Of a DNA stretch of 64,000 nt, positions 15,911 to 24,722 are shown in pieces. Position 1 is the first letter of the stretch. Every line of letters begins with the position of its first letter. A program made the position numbers and the translations under genes. A model generated the notes under the pieces. That model worked only from the letters and a program-made list of their open reading frames with translations. It was not told where the DNA came from and did not search any database. This DNA comes from Acidobacteriota bacterium (GTDB lineage Bacteria; Acidobacteriota; Thermoanaerobaculia; Gp7-AA8), in the NCBI GenBank assembly GCA_019244185.1, contig JAFATB010000022.1:1-64000 (forward strand), written 5' to 3'.

Positions 15911-18838
15911 GTGCGAATCCTCGGGGGTTCCCTCGTTCCGGTCGCGATCGCCTTGTCGTTGTGCGCGCCGCTCGGCGCGGCGACGGCGCCGAAGAAGACG
16001 GCGGTGGCAGTTCCGTCGTCCACGATGCTGCCGTGCACCGCGGCCAAGCCTTCCGGGCTGCCGCTACCGAGCACGTACTCGAAGAACAACGACCCGGCCG
16101 CGTATCAGCAGGTCGTCACGAACTTCCTCCGCAGCTACACCTACCAGAACCTCGGCTGGTGCGAGGACAAGACCGTCCGCGACACCGGCCCTTACCTCAA
16201 CAACAACTACTACGGCACGCATCCGGCCGTGCGGGTCTGGTACTCGCCGGAAGTCGCGAAGTGGGTCCTGAACGGACGCCAGGGCGCGCTGCCCGACGGC
16301 GCGATGATCATCAAGGAGCAGTTCAGCCCCGCGCCGGCCGCGCAGTACGAGGGGTGGACGAAGGAACAGCTCCACGCGTATTTCGACGCCAACTACGACT
16401 GGACGTTCATGATCCGCGACAGCAAGGGCTCGGCGGACGGCTGGTATTGGGGCGAGATCTACGCGGGGAAGCCCGACAGCTACGCGCCGCCGTTCGCGGT
16501 CTTCAACGTCGGCTTCGGACTCTACTGTCTCCGCTGCCACGCGTCCGCGGAATCGGAGCTCACGTTTTCGGCCGAGACGAACTTCAAGGGACGTCCGGGC
16601 AACTTCCTCATCTTCGTCGATGACAACTCGTGGTTCGCGAACCGCCTGAAGCCGCCGAAGGTTCCGGCGACGCCGCTCCAATCCGCCGCGAACGACGCAA
16701 GCGCATCCACCGCGGCGCTCGACACGACCGACCAGACCGCGGCCGCCGAGCCGTCGCCGCACGCGCTCGCCGTGCACGATCCGAACGTCGTCACGCATCC
16801 GCATTCGTCGTCGGCAGTCCTGGCCATGCACCCGCCGCACACCACCGCGAACAGCGACTGGATGCATTTCTTCAAGGAGACGAACGTCAACGCGCAGCCG
16901 AACCCGCTGCCGGGCGAGAACTACGATCACATCGTCTCGCCGCCGGGAAAGCCGCAGCACTTCCTCACGTACGATCAATGCTTCGGCTGCCACAGCGGCA
17001 ACCGCGTCGCGGGCACGCCGATGATGATGGTCGACACGCGCGACCCGAGCGATCCGCTTGTGAACATCTCGCCGTGGGCGGAATGGCGCTGGTCGCCGAT
17101 GGGACTCGCGGGACGCGATCCGGTCTTCTACGCGCAGCTCGACAGCGAGATCGCGTATCTCGACGCGCACAAGCCCGAGGAGAAAGTGAAGATCGTGAAT
17201 CTCTGCTTCTCCTGCCACAACGCGATGGGGGAGCGGCAACTCGAAATGACGTCAGGCGGCAAGGAGCCGTACACGACGGAGTTCCCGATGGTGCGCAACC
17301 TTCAGGACCCGCGCTTCCCGTACGGCGCGCTCGGACGCGACGGCATCAGCTGCACGATCTGCCATCACATCAAGAACACGGACGACAAGACGGAGATGGA
17401 GTTCATCGAGCAGGACGCGACGGGCCGCTTCCAGCTCACGGAGCCGGGGCAGCTCGGCGGGCCGTTCGAGAAGCCGGCCACGACGCCGATGAAGCACGCG
17501 CTGAACATCATCCCCGTGCTCGACAAGTACACGCAGAACGCGCGCATCTGCGGCACGTGTCACACGATCCATCTGCCGGTGCTCGACGCGATCGACGAGC
17601 CGGCGAAGAAGGCGCAGGCCGAGGAGTGCCAGAGCGAGAAATTCTCGTACGAGCAGGCCACGTATCTGGAGTGGGTGAACAGCGCGTTCCAGAACGTCAT
17701 CAACGATCCGTCGCGCTTCGTCGGCGGCGTGCAGACTTGTCAGGACTGCCACATGTCGGGCGCGCTGAACGGCATCACCATCGAGACCAAGATCGCGGCG
17801 GTGGAAGACACGCAGTATCCTAACGCGGACCATCTCGCGCCGCTCGACGAGCTGAACGTGCCGATCCGCAGCAACTACGCGCGGCATCAGTTCCAGGGCC
17901 TCAACGTCTATCTCCTCGAGCTCTTCAACCAGTTCAGCGATCCCCTCGGCGTCCGCACCTGCGACTACATGTCGAGCGGCTGCAGCGGCAAGAATCCGAT
18001 CAGCGACATCCCGTTCGCGCAGCGCAACTTCCTCGAGCAGGCCTCGCAGCAGACGGCGACGCTCGCCGTGAGCGCGCCGGCGATGCAGGGCTCCACGCTC
18101 ACCGCCGACGTCAGCGTTACGAATCTGACGGGACATCGCTTCCCGAGCGGCGTGAGCTTCCGACGCGCGTTCATCGACTTCGCCGTGGTCGACAAGAAGT
18201 CGAAGAAGGTGCTCTTCGAGTCGGGCGCGACGAACTCCATCGGCGCGATCGTCGACATGCAGGGCAACGTGCTGCCGTCCGAATACAACGGTTCCACGGG
18301 ACCCAACGGCCGCGCGTATCAGCCGCACTACTGGGCGCCGGCCAACTCGAAGATGTCCGGCAATCCGATCACGCGCGACAACCAGGTGCAGATCTTCGAA
18401 GAATTGCTGAAGGACGCCGACGGCAACTTCACGACGAGCTTCATCCGCCAGGACTGCCATTTCAAGGACAACCGGATCCTGCCGCTCGGCTGGCGCAAGG
18501 ACGGTCCCGATCTCAAGAAGTTCTTCGGCAAGCCGCTGAAGGAGACGTGGTCCGACGGCACCGGCGACGATCCGCACTACCAGGATCCCCTGGGCGGCAA
18601 GGGACAGGCGGTCGTGCGTTACTCGGTCGCGTTGCCCGCGGGCACGAAGCTCGAGGACGTCGACATCCGCGCACAGCTCTACTACCAGGCCATCCCGCCG
18701 TACTTTTTGCTGCAGCGGTTCCAGCAGGCGCCGAACGGGATGGGCACGCAGCGCCTGTACTACATGACTTCCATGCTCGACACGACGAAGACGCCGTTCC
18801 CGGGCTGGAAGCTGCTCGTGGCGCAGGCGACGCCATAA
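15911..18838 (+). CDS. Periplasmic multiheme cytochrome c with N-terminal cytochrome P460-like domain (6 CxxCH)
   Basis: Signal peptide (GTG start after GGAGG); PDGAMIIKEQF..WTFMIRD..DGWYWG..CLRCH; then CFGCH, CFSCH, CTICH, CGTCH, CQDCH; TGHRFPSGV. Confidence 0.88.
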   Translation: MRILGGSLVPVAIALSLCAPLGAATAPKKTAVAVPSSTMLPCTAAKPSGLPLPSTYSKNNDPAAYQQVVTNFLRSYTYQNLGWCEDKTVRDTGPYLNNNYYGTHPAVRVWYSPEVAKWVLNGRQGALPDGAMIIKEQFSPAPAAQYEGWTKEQLHAYFDANYDWTFMIRDSKGSADGWYWGEIYAGKPDSYAPPFAVFNVGFGLYCLRCHASAESELTFSAETNFKGRPGNFLIFVDDNSWFANRLKPPKVPATPLQSAANDASASTAALDTTDQTAAAEPSPHALAVHDPNVVTHPHSSSAVLAMHPPHTTANSDWMHFFKETNVNAQPNPLPGENYDHIVSPPGKPQHFLTYDQCFGCHSGNRVAGTPMMMVDTRDPSDPLVNISPWAEWRWSPMGLAGRDPVFYAQLDSEIAYLDAHKPEEKVKIVNLCFSCHNAMGERQLEMTSGGKEPYTTEFPMVRNLQDPRFPYGALGRDGISCTICHHIKNTDDKTEMEFIEQDATGRFQLTEPGQLGGPFEKPATTPMKHALNIIPVLDKYTQNARICGTCHTIHLPVLDAIDEPAKKAQAEECQSEKFSYEQATYLEWVNSAFQNVINDPSRFVGGVQTCQDCHMSGALNGITIETKIAAVEDTQYPNADHLAPLDELNVPIRSNYARHQFQGLNVYLLELFNQFSDPLGVRTCDYMSSGCSGKNPISDIPFAQRNFLEQASQQTATLAVSAPAMQGSTLTADVSVTNLTGHRFPSGVSFRRAFIDFAVVDKKSKKVLFESGATNSIGAIVDMQGNVLPSEYNGSTGPNGRAYQPHYWAPANSKMSGNPITRDNQVQIFEELLKDADGNFTTSFIRQDCHFKDNRILPLGWRKDGPDLKKFFGKPLKETWSDGTGDDPHYQDPLGGKGQAVVRYSVALPAGTKLEDVDIRAQLYYQAIPPYFLLQRFQQAPNGMGTQRLYYMTSMLDTTKTPFPGWKLLVAQATP

Positions 18839-18845
18839 CGAACGC

Positions 18846-18882
18846 GGCGGCGCGACACCCGCGAACGCGGAGTCGCGCCGCC
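18846..18882. terminator. GC-rich hairpin after the cytochrome gene
   Basis: GGCGGCGCGAC..GTCGCGCCGCC, 11-bp arms. Confidence 0.45.
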
Positions 18883-18899
18883 TCTGTTAGGCTGCGCGG

Positions 18900-20714
18900 A
18901 TGCGCATCCCTGCCCTCGCAGTTGCCTCCGCTCTGCTCATCGCTGCCGTCTCCGTTTCGGCGGAGACGGCGAAGTCTGCCAAATCCACAAAGCCCGCACA
19001 GCCGGCGAAGACCGCCGCCGCGCGCCGCGCCGCACAGAACGCGCTCTTCAACGAGTTCTGGGAAACGAACCTCAAGCTCTCGCCGACGCTGGCCACGAAC
19101 GTCGGCGACTATCGCTACAACGACAAGCTCGGCGACTACTCGCTCGCGTCGGTCGCGCACCGGCACGAGCTCACGGCGGGCTATCTCGCGCGCATCAAGG
19201 CGATCTCCACGGAAGGGTTCAGCGAGGAAGAGCGCACGTCGCACGACCTCTTCCTGCGCAACATGCAGGAGAGCCTCGACGACTACGACCTCAAGGACTA
19301 CGAGATGCCGGTCACCGCGCAGGGCGGCCTGCATACGAACCTCGCCGATCTGCCGAACTCGATGCCGTTCGACTCCGTGAAGCACTACGAGGACTACATC
19401 GCGCGCCTGCACCAGATCCCGCGCGCGCTGCAGCAGACCGAAGACGTGCTGCGCGCCGGCGTCAAAGACCACCTCGTGCTCGTGAAGTTTCTCGCCGAGA
19501 AGATCCCGGGACAGGCGAACGGCATCATCGCCGCGAATCCGTTCGTCAATCCGATCAAGAAGATGCCGGACAGCTTCTCCGGCGCCGACAAGAAGCGCCT
19601 CAGCGACGCGATCACGACCGCCGTCGAGAAGAAAGTGCTGCCGGCGTACAAGGAGTTCGCGACGTTCATTACGAACGACTACGCGCCGCACGGCCGGACC
19701 ACTCTTTCGATCGAGAGTCTGCCGGACGGCAAGCGCCGCTATCAGGCCGCGATCCGCCGGCTCACCACCACGAACCTGCCGCCGGCGGAGATCCATCGCA
19801 TCGGACTCGCCGAGTACGACCGCATCGTCGGCGAGATGACGGCGCTGGCGAAGGCGAACGGCTACGCCGATCTGGAGAGCTTCCGCGAGCACGTCGAGAA
19901 CGATCCGAAGTACAAGCCCGCGTCGGCGCAGGCGATCCTCGACGACTTCGACGGCTACATCAAACAGATGCGCACGAAGCTGCCGCAGCTTTTCACGCTG
20001 ATCCCCGCGGCGCCCGTGACCGTCGAGGCCATTCCGGAATTCCAGAAGGCCGCGGCGACGCACTATCAGACCGGCACGCCGGACGGAAAGCGGCCCGGAC
20101 GCGTTTCCGTCGCGGTGTCCGATTTCAGCAACCGCTCGCTCATCAACGACGAGGCGGTCGCGTACCACGAAGGCATTCCGGGACATCACATGCAGCTGTC
20201 GGTGCAGCAGACGCTGAAGGATCTCCCGGAGTTCCGCAAGCACGGCGGCAACTCCGCGTACACCGAAGGTTGGGCCCTGTATTCCGAGCAGCTCGGCAAG
20301 GAAGTGGGCTTCTATCAGGATCCCGGCTCGGATTACGGCCGCCTGCGCTCGGAGCTCTTCCGCGCGGTGCGTCTCGTCGTCGACACCGGCATTCACGACA
20401 TGGGCTGGAGCCGCGATCAGGTCGTCGACTTCATGCGCAAGTCGCACGCGGTGGACGAGCCGACGATCCAGTCGGAGACGGATCGCTACATCTCCTGGCC
20501 TGCGCAGGCGTGCAGCTACAAGCTCGGGCAGCTGAAGATCCGCGAGCTGCGCAACCGCGCGACGCAGGAGCTCGGCGCGGGCTTCGACGTCCGCAAGTTC
20601 CACGACGCGGTGCTCGCCGGCGGCAGCCTGCCGCTCGACCTGCTCGACGGACGCATCACGCGCTGGATCGCCGCGCAGAAGGCGGACGCACAGAAGAGCG
20701 CCGCCGCGCGTTGA
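18900..20714 (+). CDS. DUF885-family secreted protein (putative metallopeptidase)
   Basis: Signal peptide; HEGIPGHHMQ, AYTEGWALYSE, RAVRLVVDTGIH, RYISWPAQACSYKLG. Confidence 0.93.
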   Translation: MRIPALAVASALLIAAVSVSAETAKSAKSTKPAQPAKTAAARRAAQNALFNEFWETNLKLSPTLATNVGDYRYNDKLGDYSLASVAHRHELTAGYLARIKAISTEGFSEEERTSHDLFLRNMQESLDDYDLKDYEMPVTAQGGLHTNLADLPNSMPFDSVKHYEDYIARLHQIPRALQQTEDVLRAGVKDHLVLVKFLAEKIPGQANGIIAANPFVNPIKKMPDSFSGADKKRLSDAITTAVEKKVLPAYKEFATFITNDYAPHGRTTLSIESLPDGKRRYQAAIRRLTTTNLPPAEIHRIGLAEYDRIVGEMTALAKANGYADLESFREHVENDPKYKPASAQAILDDFDGYIKQMRTKLPQLFTLIPAAPVTVEAIPEFQKAAATHYQTGTPDGKRPGRVSVAVSDFSNRSLINDEAVAYHEGIPGHHMQLSVQQTLKDLPEFRKHGGNSAYTEGWALYSEQLGKEVGFYQDPGSDYGRLRSELFRAVRLVVDTGIHDMGWSRDQVVDFMRKSHAVDEPTIQSETDRYISWPAQACSYKLGQLKIRELRNRATQELGAGFDVRKFHDAVLAGGSLPLDLLDGRITRWIAAQKADAQKSAAAR

Positions 20715-20724
20715 CACTGTAAAC

Positions 20725-22011
20725 GTGGGCGAACGCCGGACGCGGTTTCCGCTGGCTGACCGGCCGCGGTTGTGGGGGACGGCGGTCTCGCACTACCAGG
20801 TCGAAGGGGACGACCCCTGCGACTGGACGGAGTGGGAGCGGGCGGGCCGTACGCGCGGTGGCGCGTGCGGCGCCGCCGCCGCGTCGTGGACGCGCTACGA
20901 GGACGACGCCGCGCTCGCGAAAGCCGCGGGCGCGAACGCGTTCCGCTTTTCCGTTTCGTGGAGCCGCATCGAGCCGCAACGCAACGCCTTCGACGATCGC
21001 GCGCTGGCGCGCTACCGCCGCTTCGTCGACCATCTGCTGCAGCTCGGCCTCGAGCCGGCGGTGACGCTGTTCCACTACACGCATCCGCGCTGGTTTCACG
21101 AGGAGGCGCCGTGGACGTCGCCCGCATCCGTCGACGCGTTCGCGCGGTTCACGCGCCGCGTCGTCGACGCCCTCGGCGACGGCGTGCGGTTGTATGTCCC
21201 GTTCAACGAGCCGTTCGTCTTTCTGCTCGCCGGCTATTACGACGGACAGATCCCGCCCGGCATCGCCTCGCCGCGCGACGCCGCGCGCGTCTTCGATCAT
21301 CTTCTCGCGGCGCACGCCGCGAGCGCCGCGGTGATTCGCGAGCTGCAGCCGCGCGCGGCCGTCGGCGTCGCGCACAACATGATGGCGTTCGCGCCGGAGC
21401 GCCGCTGGCATCTGCTCGACCGCACGCTCGCGCGCGTCGCGCATCGCTGCTACAACAGCGGCGTTCTCGAGGCGTTTGCGACGGGCCGCTGGGATTTCCG
21501 CCTGCCGCCGTCGACGCGGTTCCGCGGACGCCGCGACGATCTCCCCGCGTCGCTCGACTTCTTCGGCATCAACTACTACTCGCGCCTGCATCTGCGCTGT
21601 CCCGGCCGCGAGCGCTGGATCGGCGACTTCGCCTATCGCGACAAAACGGGACTCGGACTCACCGACAACGGCTGGGAGATTCATCCGCACGGATTCGAAG
21701 CGGCATTGCGCGAGGCGGCGCGCGGCGGGTTCCCGCTCGTCGTGACGGAGAACGGTCTCGCGGACGGCGAGGATCGCCTGCGCGGCCGCTTCCTGCGCGA
21801 GCATCTCGCGGCGCTGGGTCGCGTGGAAGCGGACGGCATTCCGGTGCACGGCTACTTCCAATGGTCGCTCGTCGACAACTACGAATGGCTCGACGGCTAC
21901 GAGCCGAAATTCGGCCTGTACGCGGTCGATCGCGCGACGATGGAGCGCACGCCGCGGCCGTCGATTGACGTTTTTCGCGAGCTCGGCCGGCAGTTCCTCG
22001 TAAAGAGCTGA
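20725..22011 (+). CDS. Glycoside hydrolase family 1 (beta-glucosidase-like)
   Basis: WGTAVSHYQVEG, RFSVSWSRIEP, NEP acid/base, VTENG nucleophile, WSLVDNYEW. Confidence 0.93.
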   Translation: MGERRTRFPLADRPRLWGTAVSHYQVEGDDPCDWTEWERAGRTRGGACGAAAASWTRYEDDAALAKAAGANAFRFSVSWSRIEPQRNAFDDRALARYRRFVDHLLQLGLEPAVTLFHYTHPRWFHEEAPWTSPASVDAFARFTRRVVDALGDGVRLYVPFNEPFVFLLAGYYDGQIPPGIASPRDAARVFDHLLAAHAASAAVIRELQPRAAVGVAHNMMAFAPERRWHLLDRTLARVAHRCYNSGVLEAFATGRWDFRLPPSTRFRGRRDDLPASLDFFGINYYSRLHLRCPGRERWIGDFAYRDKTGLGLTDNGWEIHPHGFEAALREAARGGFPLVVTENGLADGEDRLRGRFLREHLAALGRVEADGIPVHGYFQWSLVDNYEWLDGYEPKFGLYAVDRATMERTPRPSIDVFRELGRQFLVKS

Positions 22012-22082
22012 TCTCCGCCGAGTTCACACCGGCTCCTCCTCGCATGCATGACGGCGCCGCCGCGCGACGCCTAACTTGACGC

Positions 22083-22673
22083 ATGCACTTCGTGGAAGCC
22101 GACGACGTTCTGCAGTCGCGCCTGGAACGGTTCCAGGGCGCGGCGGAGCGGTTGTTCGAACAGCTCGACCGCGCCGAGGTGGAGGTCGTGCTGCGCGTGT
22201 CCGCCGCGGCGCGCGCGCTGCGCGTGACGTGGCTCGCGTGCGCGGTGACGCGGCTCGGCAACGGCGCCTTGTATCCAGTGCTGGCGTTGCTGCTGATCGC
22301 GACGCGGCGCGTCGAGAGTCCGGAGCGTTTCCTCGTCGTCACGAGCGCGAACCTCGTGGTCACGTTTACGATCTATCCGCTGCTCAAGTACGCGCTGGCG
22401 CGCACGCGTCCATGCGACTACGAGCCGGAGCTCGCGCGCCACGCGAAGCCGCTCGATCACTACTCGTGTCCGAGCGGGCACACGATGACGGCGGTGGCGT
22501 TCGGCGTCACGGTGATGTTCGCGTGGCCGGACGGCGCGTCGCTGGCGATTCCGCTTTGCGTGGTGATGGGATGGTCGCGCGTCGCGCTGGGACATCACTA
22601 TCCGACGGACGTGCTTGCAGGAGGCGCGATCGGCGCGGCGGTGGCGGCACCGCTGGCCGCGTTTGCGTACTGA
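22083..22673 (+). CDS. PAP2-family membrane phosphatase
   Basis: KYALARTRP, CPSGH, SRVALGHHYPTDV. Confidence 0.9.
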   Translation: MHFVEADDVLQSRLERFQGAAERLFEQLDRAEVEVVLRVSAAARALRVTWLACAVTRLGNGALYPVLALLLIATRRVESPERFLVVTSANLVVTFTIYPLLKYALARTRPCDYEPELARHAKPLDHYSCPSGHTMTAVAFGVTVMFAWPDGASLAIPLCVVMGWSRVALGHHYPTDVLAGGAIGAAVAAPLAAFAY

Positions 22674-22707
22674 TGGCCGGGCTGCGAAACGGAGGAGGGC
22701 GGGTGTG

Positions 22708-23454
22708 ATGCTGCTGGCAGACCTTCACGTGCATACGAAATGGTCGGACGGAAAGCTGTCGATCGGCGAGGTGGTCGATCTCTTCGGCCGCACCGGACAC
22801 GACGTCATCGCGATTACCGATCACGTCGTCAACTCCGACAATCTGATCGGCAAGGTGACGCATCGCTTCGGCCTCACCGTCACCGCGGCGAACTTCGCCG
22901 AGTATCGCGACGAGATCGAGCGCGAGTCGCGGCGCGCGTGGGATCGCTACGGCATGCTGGTGCTCGCCGGCGCGGAGCTCACGCAAAACCGTTTCCGCCG
23001 CAACAACTCCGCGCACGCCCTGGTCCTCGGCATCGACGAGTTCGTGTCCGCCGAGGGGACGGTGGAGGAGATGCTGACGCGCGCGCGGGCGCAGGCGCCG
23101 GTCGTGGTCGCGTGTCATCCGCACGAGCAGTCGGAGTTTTTCGCGAACACGTTCTATCTGTGGAACCGGCGCGACGAGGTGCGCGACCTCATTCATCTGT
23201 GGGAGCTCGCGACGCGCTGGGATCTGTTTCCGCCGGTGGCGCGGGCGCGGCTGCCGTTCGTCGCGAACAGCGACTTTCACGACCGGCCGCACATCGATGC
23301 CTGGAAGACGCTGCTGCCGTGCGCGAAGAACGCGCGCGACGTCGTGGCGACGCTGCAGCGCGGCGCCGGCCTCGCGGTGACGCGCCTCGCGCCGCAGCGG
23401 TTCGATGACCTCGTCGCGTCGCCGGCGCGTTTTCCGGCGCTGGCGACGGCCTAA
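22708..23454 (+). CDS. PHP-domain phosphoesterase
   Basis: DLHVHTKWSDG, AITDH, GAE, HPH, NSDFH. Confidence 0.88.
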   Translation: MLLADLHVHTKWSDGKLSIGEVVDLFGRTGHDVIAITDHVVNSDNLIGKVTHRFGLTVTAANFAEYRDEIERESRRAWDRYGMLVLAGAELTQNRFRRNNSAHALVLGIDEFVSAEGTVEEMLTRARAQAPVVVACHPHEQSEFFANTFYLWNRRDEVRDLIHLWELATRWDLFPPVARARLPFVANSDFHDRPHIDAWKTLLPCAKNARDVVATLQRGAGLAVTRLAPQRFDDLVASPARFPALATA

Positions 23455-23469
23455 GCACAAGGAGCCTCA

Positions 23470-24651
23470 ATGATCGGAACTCTCATTCTTGCAATCGTCT
23501 CCGCGGTCGGCGTCGTGCTCACGACGACGCAGACCGTGCTCGCGGTGCTGTTCCGCAGGCGCAGCCGTTTTTTCGGATCGGGCCTGCGCGGGCAGGCCGA
23601 GCCGACGCGTTTCCCGCGGGCCGCTTCACGCCGTCCGCTCGTCTCCATCCTCAAGCCCGTGTGCGGGCTCGAAGACGAGCTGCGTGAGAACCTCGAGTCG
23701 TTCGTCGACCTGCATGGCATCGACTACGAAGTCCTGTTGTCGGTCGCCGATCCGCACGATCCCGCGCTCGCGGTCATCGACGAGGTGCTGCGCGCGCATC
23801 CGCGCGCGCCGTTCCGGCTCGTGATCGGCGGCGACCCGCGGCTGGAGCGCACGAACCGCAAGATCGCGCGGCTCGTCGCGGCGGAGCCGCACGCGCGCGG
23901 CGAGATTCTCTTCATCTCCGATGCGAACGTGCGCGTGGAAGCGGACGCGCTCGCGGAAACGATCGATGCATTCACGGGACGCGTCGGCTGCGTCTCGAAT
24001 CTCTTCACCGGCGCGGGCGCGCGATCGTTCGGCGCCACGATCGAGTCGCTGCATCTCCTGAGCTTCGTCGCGCCGGGCGCGGTGCTCGCGGCCTTCGCGG
24101 GACAGCCGTGCGTGGTCGGCAAGTCGATGGCGGTCTCTCGCCGCGCGCTGCAGGCGATCGGCGGCTTCGTGCGCTTCGCGGGCGTGCTCGCGGAGGATCA
24201 GGCGATCGGACTCGCGGTGCGCGAGGCGGGCTACGACGTGCAGCTGTCGCCGCGCGTCGTGCGCAACGTCGTCGTGCAGCGCACGCTGAAGCGAGCCGTC
24301 GACCGGCAGATCCGCTGGAACAAGATCCGGTACGCGTTCTCGAAAGCGCTGTACACGTCGGAGTTCCTCGCGAATCCGCTGCCGTTCGCGCTGCTCGCTT
24401 CGCTCGCCGGCGCGCCCCTCGGACTCGTCGCGGCGGTGCTCGCGCTGCGCTACGTGCAGGTCGCGCTGCTCGCGCGCGCGATGCGCGCGCCGCTGTCGCT
24501 CGTGCAGCTCGCCGCCGTGCCGGTGCTCGATCTCTGTCAGTTCGGCGCGCAGTTCGTGCCGTACTTCAGCGATCGCGTGACGTGGCGCGGCTACACGGCG
24601 CGCATCGGACCGCAGACGCGGCTGCTCGCGGTGACCGAGCGCGCGGCGTAG
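23470..24651 (+). CDS. Ceramide glucosyltransferase/HpnI-like glycosyltransferase (GT21/GT2)
   Basis: N-terminal TM; SILKPVCGLE, NRKI, ISDAN, VGKSM, LAED, RQIRW (QxxRW-like); C-terminal VTWRG. Confidence 0.85.
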   Translation: MIGTLILAIVSAVGVVLTTTQTVLAVLFRRRSRFFGSGLRGQAEPTRFPRAASRRPLVSILKPVCGLEDELRENLESFVDLHGIDYEVLLSVADPHDPALAVIDEVLRAHPRAPFRLVIGGDPRLERTNRKIARLVAAEPHARGEILFISDANVRVEADALAETIDAFTGRVGCVSNLFTGAGARSFGATIESLHLLSFVAPGAVLAAFAGQPCVVGKSMAVSRRALQAIGGFVRFAGVLAEDQAIGLAVREAGYDVQLSPRVVRNVVVQRTLKRAVDRQIRWNKIRYAFSKALYTSEFLANPLPFALLASLAGAPLGLVAAVLALRYVQVALLARAMRAPLSLVQLAAVPVLDLCQFGAQFVPYFSDRVTWRGYTARIGPQTRLLAVTERAA

Positions 24652-24671
24652 CGCGGCATGCGCACAAACGA

Positions 24672-24703
24672 AGAGGGAGGGCGTGAGCCCTCCCTCTGTT
24701 TGT
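24672..24703. terminator. Intrinsic (probably bidirectional) terminator between convergent genes
   Basis: AGAGGGAGGGC-gtga-GCCCTCCCTCT followed by GTTTGT. Confidence 0.75.
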
Positions 24704-24722
24704 TGCGAAGCGCGCGTGTTGC

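Noticed and set aside
23470-24651. hpnI hopanoid cluster
   Set aside because: No shc, hpnH/J/K or other hpn genes are adjacent, so the acceptor cannot be assigned.
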